The translations under genes and the position numbers were made by a program. Shown here one piece after another: positions 54,840-64,000 of a stretch of 64,000 nucleotides of DNA. The stretch lies in contig OX597818.1 in the NCBI GenBank assembly GCA_951406725.2, positions 3,038,001 through 3,102,000 on the forward strand, given 5' to 3'. The DNA is from Octopus vulgaris (Eukaryota). A model generated the notes under the pieces. It was not told the origin of the DNA, made no database searches, and was given only the letters and a program-made list of their open reading frames with translations. The stretch's first letter is position 1. Every line of letters begins with the position of its first letter.

Positions 54840-55041
54840 GTAACACTGACATATTGTGGTATAATCCACCATGGTTTACAAATGTCAAACAACTTACCAA
54901 GAAACATTTTGGTATTTTGGAATGACATTTTCCTCCATCTAGTAAATATAGTCATATTTTTAACAAGCATAAATTAAGTTTTCGTTTTCAATAACACCAA
55001 ATCTAGCTGATAATATCAGTGCTATTAACAAATGCACAATA

Positions 55042-55102
<61 letters not shown>

Positions 55103-55960
55103 TTAGCCCTAATGAGGACTAACCCAATCTAATCCTGTCCATTCAGCTCACATATCTAGTAGTCAGAATGAGTAATCTTCAAATAGAATGGTTGTCAGCA
55201 ACGATTTGTGACTGCTTGTTCTACTACTATCATCTCCAACAGCCATGAGACACTGGAATTTTACAGCCATACAATCATAGACAATGGCACTGAGGATCAT
55301 AATATTATCAGTAGTGATGTTGAGAATAACAACAATGGTAATTTCAATAGCAGTGATACTACTATTACTAACAATAATAGCAGTTATATTGGTAATGGCA
55401 GTAGCAATAATATTAGTAGTGACCAGAATGATTATAATGATAGTTATATCAATAACAATAATCTTAATAATGGTAACAGTAGTAATTCTAATGGTAACCT
55501 GAGTGCTGCCAGTAGAATTGATATATTACACCAATTATGATCCCAGATCTTTGCATCATCTAAACTATGTAACTGTAAAAATAAATTTCACCACCATCTA
55601 AGTAACAGGTGCCTGACTAAAAATATAGTGTACCAATGTAATATTCATACTAACCAGACTATTTTTATTGATATAGTTTGAACTTTCCCCTCGTCAAACT
55701 AAGATTACATAACAATGCTCACCTTTCAAAAAAAGATAAAGCTAAAACCTACATCACTTGCTATAAAAATCTGGGAGTTAAAAGATAGATTCCCAGAGTA
55801 TTGTGAAACATGCTAAGCCTTTCATTAACAATAAATATGGTTGTAACCTTTGTTATATGGAATTATTAGAAGTCCTAAGATGCTCAGGTAAGGTTATTAA
55901 TAGACCAGGTGAACTTAGGATTAAATACCTGCATTCTATATAGAAAACCTTAGGTATTTT
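54840..55960 (+). mobile_element. Decayed Penelope-like element with (AAT)n expansion
   Basis: ILWYNPPW-like start, CNCK...CLTKNIVYQC, IWELKD, CNLC motifs across frames; (AAT)n at ~55037-55101. Confidence 0.65.
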
Positions 55961-56599
55961 AAACCTGTCTATAATCCTAAGCCATAAACATTAATCTTTA
56001 ATAATAGGTTACTTGTCTCACCTTAGTGTGACCCAATATTACTATTGTTGTAACTGAATTGTCTAACAGTTCCAGTAAACCCTGGTTCATTTATGACTCA
56101 CTTACTTTCAGGTATTAAATACTAAATATACAGATTTCAGAATTTAGGATATCCATATTTGCTGTTCTCTTTTTTCCATATTTTATTTTTTCTTTCATTT
56201 GCTTTAACTAATAGTTTAAGACAACCAGTTATCTTATCACTGTGTGACCAGTGATAAGATAGTACTCTATTATTCTTTCTATAAATTTCTTTCTCTCTTC
56301 TTCTGTCTTTACTCCTTCCCTCTTTCTGTATAATGTATTTACTCTCTTTTTTTTTCATGTCTTAATATTTAATTCATCCCTGTTCATTATCCTTATATAT
56401 GTTGTCTATTTTTTACTATCCATTCCCTCCTTTTTATCTCAGTTCACTAATGCAAAATTTACAGTTCTAAGTATGAGTATGTATGCATATATATTGATAT
56501 GTATGTACATAGGTATATGTGTTTGTTTTGTGTGTGTGAGTATATATATCTAGATCTATTAAATATAAATTAACTTGGGAGGTTATTTGTAGGGCTAAA

Positions 56600-58420
56600 T
56601 CATATTGTATAGGGAGCAATTATTGTTCATTGTGTAATAATGAATTCAAAGAAATATTATTTAATAACAATTATGTGTTGGTAAATTCATTAGAGGAATG
56701 TAAAATTAAATGTAAACATAAATTAAATTACCTATATAATAGGTTTACCTAATAAATAAATGATTATATAAATCTATTAAGATATATTAATTATAGTAAT
56801 ATAAATTAATTTAAATATAATATATTTTACGTATTTATTATATGGTCTTTAAATTTATAGTAAATAGTCATTTAAAAATAAATGCTAACATAAATTTATT
56901 TACCTATAGGATACGTTTAGCTAATTTTTCTGTACGTATAAAACCTTATTTCTTGTTATGTTATTTCTTTCTTGTAGATATTATTTAGTAGTATTAGTGT
57001 ATAATTTACTATATTATTATATGTTATATTAATATATTTGAATAATTTTAAACAGATATTTCTTAATACATAAATGATTATATATAATTTTATTAAGACC
57101 AATTAGTTATAGTAATATAAATTAATTTAATATTATATGTATATTTTACGTAATAATTATCTGGAACTTAATTTATAGTAAATAGTCATTTATAGTTGTT
57201 TTGTTATTCTATTTTTCTTTAATTCTTGAAGCTTAAATATTTTTCATCCTTTTCATTAATAAATATTTTTTGTCTTTTTCATTAATAAATATTTCTTGGC
57301 ATTTTTATTGATAATTTTATTCTATTTTTTTACACGTCTTCACGAGTTTAATTTCTTATAAACGCTAAGACCTACATTTTTACATTTAAAATTCAGTTAT
57401 ATTATTTTCATCGACAAGCTAAGTAACATTTTTTATTTAACAATATTATTTAACTTTTGAATTGTATTAAGTTTGATTATTATTATTATTATTGTTGTTA
57501 AAATATCAATTTATATATAATTTCTTGATAATTATTAGTTATGATATGTATATCTATTTATTTATTATATTTATTATTATTTTTATAATGTGATTTAATG
57601 TATTACATATAATTTAATTTAGAAATAGTTTTGTAAGACAATATACTATTAAATAGTTAGGTGGTCTATTTATTACATAGTATTACATTTAAGTAAATGA
57701 GTTTAATATTAATTGATATTTTGGTCAACTATATAATTAAGTAAAATATTAAATCTATAGATACTACATATATATTAATAATATAGTTAGTTTATCTAAT
57801 AGGTGTGTATATATTTGAACCATTTCCTATTTTTAATTCTAATATTTATAGCTGTACTAACATTATGTATATTACTTAACATTAAGGATTTTAATATAAA
57901 TTACTTAATAATTTTTATTTAGATGTTTATTAAATAAATTAATAATTTAATTTAATATATATAGATTTAATTATAGTATTTAGTTTTCACTTAATGTATA
58001 TTTTGTATTTTATATATATGTTTTAAATATTTTAATTAATTGTATCTTATTTTTTATTCTATTTTTTAATGTAAACAAGAATATATTTGTTAAGATATTT
58101 TGTATTTTACAAGATTATTTACGTATATTTATTAATTTACCTAATTAATTATTTTATTGTTTTTATCTTTAACCTGAAGAGTGACTATATTTATATTGAA
58201 GTGATTTTACTATTATTATTACTATTATCATTTCTTAAATATAGCCACGAAACACGTGTCATTATTCTATTAAATATATACATGTTATTTATTTTTTTGC
58301 ACATTACTTAATCATTGTCATATGTTTTATCTTATATTTAATCTTTCTATAAGATGTATTCTAAATGGTATAATTTAATTTTTCATTACTGAATTGATAA
58401 AAGGTGTTTTTTTTCTAATT
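56600..58420 (+). mobile_element. Second copy of the AT-rich hammerhead-bearing element
   Basis: 57360-58420 is colinear with 44360-44900 and 47330-47920; internal direct duplication 56755-56872 / 57070-57192. Confidence 0.65.
58170..58264 (+). ncRNA. Type I hammerhead ribozyme with palindromic loop 3
   Basis: CTGAAGA (58174), stem II GTGACTATATTT/AAATATAGCCAC, GAAAC ACGT GTC. Confidence 0.75.
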
Positions 58421-58441
58421 TATATATATATATACACATAC

Positions 58442-58492
<51 letters not shown>

Positions 58493-58496
<4 letters not shown>

Positions 58497-59079
58497 AAGT
58501 CATCCACGTAACATTTCATATCTCGAACATTTAATTACATAATGCTTTTTCTTTCACATAGAATATACATGTATAACATCACGGAAGATGAAACATAACT
58601 CATCAGTACAAGCATATAAGAAAATGCAAGAAAAATGTGTGAATACAGTTCATCACGGTTAAAAGTTAATACTTTAGCGATTAAGAAATATATTTTTTTC
58701 AAAAACATTACAACACCTAGAATAATAAATACGTAAAAATATAAAGTAATATATAAATATATAGATATATAAAAAATATATAAAAATACATATATATAGG
58801 AAGCATATAAATAAGTAATATATAATATATAAGGTAAGATAAAAGTTCATTGTTTAGAAATTTTTTTCATTAAAAATTACTTTTCAGATAAGGGAAACCT
58901 ATAGTTAAAAGCCATTGTCCAAGCAAAATAGAAGAAACCATATTTACATTCCCTATGGCCATTTCAGGGGTACATCACTGTATTTAATGCACGAGGGTGC
59001 ATCATAATGATTATTCCTTCGTCAGGGGAAAAAATGATTAAATGTTCGAGATATGAAATGTTACATGGATGACCTTGTA
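58493..59079 (-). mobile_element. Short non-coding element with 43-bp inverted repeat enclosing a hammerhead (PLE pseudo-LTR-like)
   Basis: 58493-58535 is the near-exact reverse complement of 59037-59079; left end abuts (TA)n. Confidence 0.65.
58949..59030 (-). ncRNA. Type I hammerhead ribozyme with intact core
   Basis: Minus strand ttccc CTGACGA AGG...ATGCAC cctc GTGCAT...CCT GAAA T GGCC A T A gggaa: 5-bp stem I, palindromic ATGGCCAT stem III, AUA cleavage triplet. Confidence 0.8.
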
Positions 59080-59211
59080 TTTGTTTGTTCTGCAACCATA
59101 GTTTAATATATTTATCTCATTTAATTGAGCACTTCTATAGCAGTCCTATTAAACATTTTGTTCCTGATAAGAAACAATCACTGTATTATTGATATATACA
59201 TACATAAACAT

Positions 59212-59376
59212 AGGTGCAGGATTGGCTGTGTGGTAAGTAGCTTGCTAACCAACCACATGGTTCCGGGTTCAGTCCCACTGCGTGGCATCTTGGGCAAGTG
59301 TCTTCTGCTATAGCCTGGGCCGACCAATGCCTTGTGAGTGGATTTGGTAGATGGAAACTGAAAGAAGCCTGTCATA

Positions 59377-59410
<34 letters not shown>

Positions 59411-59613
59411 AGTGTGTGTGTATATGTTTGTGTGTCTGTGTTTGTCCCCCTAGCATTGCTTGACAACCGATGCTGGTGTGTTTACATCCCCGTCACTTAG
59501 CGGTTCGGCAAAAGAGACTGGGCTTACAAAGAATAGGTCCCGGGGTCGATTTGCTCGACTAAAAGTGGTGCTCCAGCATGGCCGCAGTCAAATGACTGAA
59601 ACAAGTAAAAGAG

Positions 59614-59615
<2 letters not shown>
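59212..59615 (+). mobile_element. tRNA-derived SINE copy
   Basis: Near-identical to 20991-21369. Confidence 0.9.
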
Positions 59616-59649
<34 letters not shown>

Positions 59650-59709
59650 TGAAATTTGATTTAGTATTTCTAAATTGAATTTTTCCCTGTAAGTTTGGAA
59701 TATTTTCTC

Positions 59710-59753
<44 letters not shown>

Positions 59754-60101
59754 GCTGCTATTATGTTAAACTGTTGTATGTCCAAATTTGGCCAAATGTG
59801 TTTTTTTCAATATTTAATTTTGCTTGATATAGCCAGTTCTTTTGGTCAAACTATTGTATCTCCAGCTGCTTCAGATGAAAATTGTCAAAGTGTAGTAAGT
59901 CCCACATACAACAGTTTTGCAAAAATATTTCTGACTGAAAATATCATACATTCACAATTCTATGCACCCGACAAAGTATTATAGTAAAGCTGAAACTGTT
60001 TTTAACGTAAAAAGAAATGGAATGGTGAAACTATTTTTTTGTTTTCTGAAAAAGCAACATTTTGGACTTTTGCATAATAGCAAAAATATATACATATATA
60101 T

Positions 60102-60148
<47 letters not shown>

Positions 60149-60199
60149 GTAGCTGCTTTCTTGTATACAAGCAAAGCCATTGCAAGAAAGCATCAATGA

Positions 60200-60640
60200 A
60201 ATGAGTCATTGATGATGCAATGTGAGGCCTTTGTATGACTCTTGAGCCTGGCCAAAGATTTGCACATCCTATTGCATAATGCACAGCTTAACTGGCTGGC
60301 AGATGGAACAGGTGCCACAGTATGAAGTCTTTAGACATGCCTTTTCAATCCTCCAACTGAAAGGTACACCTTTCCACAGGCTGCACATGCTCTATTGCGA
60401 ACAATAGCTGTATTTACAAAGGGATGATTCTTGCGAGTTCTCTGATAGCTAACCAGGCCTGCATGACTCAAGCATTTCCTCCAACAAATCACACACATAA
60501 AAAGCAACACTCCCTCATTTTCCACAGGTTCATTCTTTCTAAGCCTTCTCTTGATCTTCTCATGCTTCATTCTCTCTCCTTCAAACTTCGAATAACCATC
60601 GTGCACTCTTTTCCTCCATCCATTTCGGTCTTGTGCCTCC
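60200..60640 (-). mobile_element. RTE (BovB-like) LINE 3' end with C2H2-like fingers
   Basis: ORF 60331-60606: CVICWRKCLSHAGLVSYQRT, CAACGKVYLSVGGLKRH. Confidence 0.55.
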
Positions 60641-61289
60641 CTCTCCCAATCATCAACTGAAACTGTCTATGAAAGTGATATATATATATACTCTGAAAAT
60701 TAAAAGGGTAGAAAATTTAGAAAAATTTTATGCCAGTGGCTAGCACGCATAGTAAAAGTCAATAGACTACATATTTTCATATATAAAAGTGTATAATATT
60801 TTCATAATTTCAAAGATTGGTAAGCAGTTTTAATTTTATTATTTGCTGCTAACTATATGACTGCACTTGGATTGAAAACATAAATGTATAAGTATGCAGC
60901 ACACATGGAATTTTGGTGTGTATTTGCTACATAATTATATATTGTCTGAGGCGATCCCACAGAGAGATGACAAATTAATTTATTTGTTCATTAATACAGA
61001 AACTCAAGTTTGGGACTAACTATAAATAACACAGTGCAACACTCAAAAAAGTACAAGAGATCTGTGGCCATTTTTATATGCAAAATGACATGGGAAATCC
61101 ATTTCTGGCCTTCTTTTTGTTGAATTAGGCAGGGTTTCTACAAAATTGTCACTGTATACCCTTTTTGTCATTATTATTAAATAAAATTCTCCACTGCATT
61201 GTAAAATGTGTTTCAACCCAGGGCTAGAGATTCAATGTGATTCAAAGCTTGTGTTTAATGTTATTTTTATCTTTCAGATCTTATTTGTT

Positions 61290-61640
61290 TTCAACAATGA
61301 GTGCAAAAACGATCCAAACAGATTCTGTTATATCTGTGGGGAATTGACTTTTGCTAAAGAAAAGCACAGTATTACATGCCATATCAAGAAAATATAAGGC
61401 ATACTTCGATTGTTACTTAGGAGACCAGGATAAGTCATGTGTGTTGCCTTACATGTGTGAAGACATTGAGTGCCTGGTATGCAAGAAAAAACGTTCACAT
61501 GAAGTTTGGTGTGCCAATGATTTGGTGTGAGCAGAAAGATCACTCTAATGATTGCTATTTCTGTCACCATGACTTTACAGGTTGTACTACAGCAAAGAAA
61601 AAGAAACAAATTGTTTACCCAAATTTGCAATCAACAATGC
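61290..61640 (+). pseudogene. DNA transposase N-terminal Zn-finger remnant, probably Chapaev3
   Basis: CKNDPNRFCYICGE...GDQDKS...CCLTC...W...FGVPMIWCEQKDHSNDCYFC across frameshifts; family assignment is from recall of the motif. Confidence 0.6.
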
Positions 61641-61642
61641 AA

Positions 61643-61695
<53 letters not shown>

Positions 61696-61769
61696 GTATC
61701 TGTTTATGCAGTTATTGACTTATTTCAATCATTAATTTGTATCACTCACACAAATTTTTAATTTATTTG

Positions 61770-62110
61770 TCATTTGACTGTGGCCATGCTGGAGCACCGC
61801 CTTTAGTTGAGCAAATCAACCCCAGGACTTATTCTTTGTAAGCCTAGTACTTATTCTATCGGTCTCTCTTGCTGAACGGCTAAGTGACGGGGACGTAAAC
61901 ACACCAGCATCAGTTGTCAAGCGATGGTGGAGAGACAAACACAGACAAACAAACATATAAATACATGTATGTATATATATATACAACAGGCTTCTTTCAG
62001 TTTCTGTCTACCAAATCCACTCACAAGGCTTTGGTTGGCCCAAGGCTATAGTAGAAGACACTTGTCCAAGGTGCCACGCAATGGAGCTGAACCCAGAACC
62101 ATGTGGTTAT
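61770..62110 (-). mobile_element. tRNA-derived SINE copy
   Basis: Reverse complement of 9168-9567. Confidence 0.85.
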
Positions 62111-62225
62111 ATGTTTATAATTATTTAATAAATAGATATAATTGAATGTTTACTGGCTGATGTTTGTTGATTTGATATCCTCTCCATTTTCTTATTTGCC
62201 TTATGTATATATATATATATATATA

Positions 62226-63250
62226 CTAGCATTATGACCCGTCGTTGCCAGGTCATAGTGCTAGTGCATGTATATATGTGTATATATATGTGTACATATT
62301 ATATGTACATCTATATATATACATCTACACAAAGAATACAAAATACAAAGTTATATCTTGATATCGCTAGTGATAACAATACTCAAAATATATAACAGAC
62401 TGGAATTGTAAGCCCCTCTCTTGCAATTTCGATCAATTGTATCTTGTCCTCCCTCTTGTATAGAAGTGTGGCTACAACCCAGCCTACCTCAACTTCTGAA
62501 AGGGTGGGGACATTTTTAATTTTTATCCAGCACATCCTATGGTAAAAATAAAATATTTCCACTTTGCAAGTTCGAGTCGAGTACTCCCTTGCATACTCCG
62601 TTGACTCAAACCTTGCGTCTATTGTGGCGAATTTACCGCCTCTGATTAGATATCTTTCATAGTCGCACCAAGACACTTTTCAATGGTGCTTTCCTCCAGG
62701 TGTTCAAATCTTCTTTTTTCTCTACATTGTATACTTTATAGACAATAGTCTTTTCTTTAATTTAATTTTTTATTATCCATCTGGACTATTCCATTTCTGC
62801 ACGCTAATTTTATTTTTAATTTATTCCCATTCATGTGAAACCACTTATTCAAGATCAAGTCATTGATGCAATTTTATACCAATTGCTATTTTTACTTTTG
62901 TTATGTTACGACTATATTATGCTTTAGTTTGATTTTAATTATTACTTACTACATATAATTCAATTGTTATTATTATTTTTATTGTTGAAGTGAAAGTATC
63001 TGACATAAAATAGAGAAATGTTTTTGTTTCACTTTTAACACGTAATACTGAAATAGTGGAGAAGATATGATATTGCTATGGGCTCGCTCTAGGCAAGAAG
63101 TTGAACTTTTTTTTTCCCATGAAACTACATGGACCCTAAGTAAGGCATGTGTAAAATTAGAATGAAATTAGTTGTGTAGTTCTCAAGTTTTGGGGAAACA
63201 CACAGAGACAGACAGACAGACACACATTCTCAGTTTTATATATAGAGAGA
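62226..63250 (-). mobile_element. Non-autonomous Helitron
   Basis: Minus-strand 5' TCTCTCTATATATAAAACTGAGAATG (matches the 20405 element); 3' gacctggcaacgacgggtc hairpin + CTAG (matches the 38587 end). Confidence 0.8.
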
Positions 63251-63252
63251 TA

Positions 63253-64000
63253 CTAGCAGAGATACCTGGCGTTGCCCGGTTACATTCAATTGAAGAATTA
63301 GACTTTTCTGTTATATATATATATGGATACACACACACATATATGTATATTAATATAAATACATGAAAGTACATGAAGTTTGTTAAAAAAAAGGGGATCA
63401 TGTATATACCTCCTGGTTGTGGAGATTATAACACCTCCTTGTAAACAATGTTCCTTGTTTTTCCTTGTGGAGCATATACCAAAAGGTTTCTTTTGGTTCC
63501 TACTCTTGAGCAGCCAACATACAGTTGCCCATGCGAGAAGCAGGGCTCTTCCAAGAGAAGACCAGCTACAGAGAGGGTTTGACCCTGAGATTTGTTAATG
63601 GACATGGCAAAGCTGACACGAAGGGGGAATTGCAGTCTTCTGAATGTAAATGGAATTTCTGCTCCTGATGGAGTAAGAGGAAATCTTGGAATAAAGACAT
63701 CACCTTTTCCACACCCAGAAAGAATGATCGCCTTGATAACAAGTGACATCATTTTCTTTATCACCAGTCGTGTTCCATTGCAAAGTCTTGGTGGTTCCAG
63801 ATTGCAGAGTAGCATTACAGGAGTTCCAACTTTAAGTGCTAATATGTGTGGAGGTAGTCCAGGAGGCTCCAGTGGATTGAGAAATTCAGGAGGATAGTTC
63901 ACAACTTCATTTATATCTGGAATTGTATCAACAGACTTGTAAGTGTGTATAGTGCCGGGAAGAGAATGCATTAGCTGTTGATTAATTTTGTTAACAGCAA
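63253..64000 (-). mobile_element. 3' end of a RepHel-coding Helitron (runs off the window)
   Basis: Helicase ORF followed by accgggcaacgccaggt hairpin and atctctgCTAG terminus. Confidence 0.9.
63426..64000 (-). CDS. Helitron RepHel PIF1-type helicase C-terminus (partial)
   Basis: GLPPHILALKVG, LCNGTRL, RRLQFPLRVSFAMSINKSQGQTL, FSHGQLYVGCSRV. Confidence 0.9.
   Translation of the reverse strand, partial: AVNKINQQLMHSLPGTIHTYKSVDTIPDINEVVNYPPEFLNPLEPPGLPPHILALKVGTPVMLLCNLEPPRLCNGTRLVIKKMMSLVIKAIILSGCGKGDVFIPRFPLTPSGAEIPFTFRRLQFPLRVSFAMSINKSQGQTLSVAGLLLEEPCFSHGQLYVGCSRVGTKRNLLVYAPQGKTRNIVYKEVL

Noticed and set aside
55105-55145. CTAATGA-GGAC...GTCC hammerhead-like fragment
   Set aside because: G5 altered and GAAA absent; too decayed to support.
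55208-55540. Asn/Ser-rich 110-aa ORF
   Set aside because: Low-complexity (AAT-derived) stretch within a decayed PLE.
59831-59895. Possible plus-strand exon (ag...gtaagt)
   Set aside because: Isolated, no partner exon or recognisable peptide.

Overview
AT-rich, microsatellite-rich animal genomic DNA. The SINE/LINE repertoire suggests a cephalopod mollusc such as Octopus (inference). The window is almost entirely nested transposable elements, possibly intronic to a minus-strand host gene (two phase-compatible candidate exons, 32935-33034 and 12191-12272). Elements seen: a decayed L1/Tx1 LINE, several RTE LINE copies, one near-intact CR1-clade LINE (22644-27030), Penelope-like elements (PLEs), a Tc1 (DD34E) and a mariner, several Helitrons, a probable Chapaev3 remnant, a Gypsy remnant, tRNA-derived SINEs, a MITE with a telomere-like core, and a rearranged 28S rRNA-derived segment. 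Two things stand out. First, the CR1 ORF2 has no usable start codon; its frame opens 6 nt before a T-TTT-TTA slippery heptamer inside ORF1, the signature of a retrovirus-like -1 programmed ribosomal frameshift producing an ORF1-ORF2 fusion. Second, there is a set of type I hammerhead-ribozyme motifs in non-coding, (TA)n-flanked, inverted-repeat elements, including a pair with a G3:C8 core covariation. All calls come from reading the sequence by eye; no searches or folding were run.
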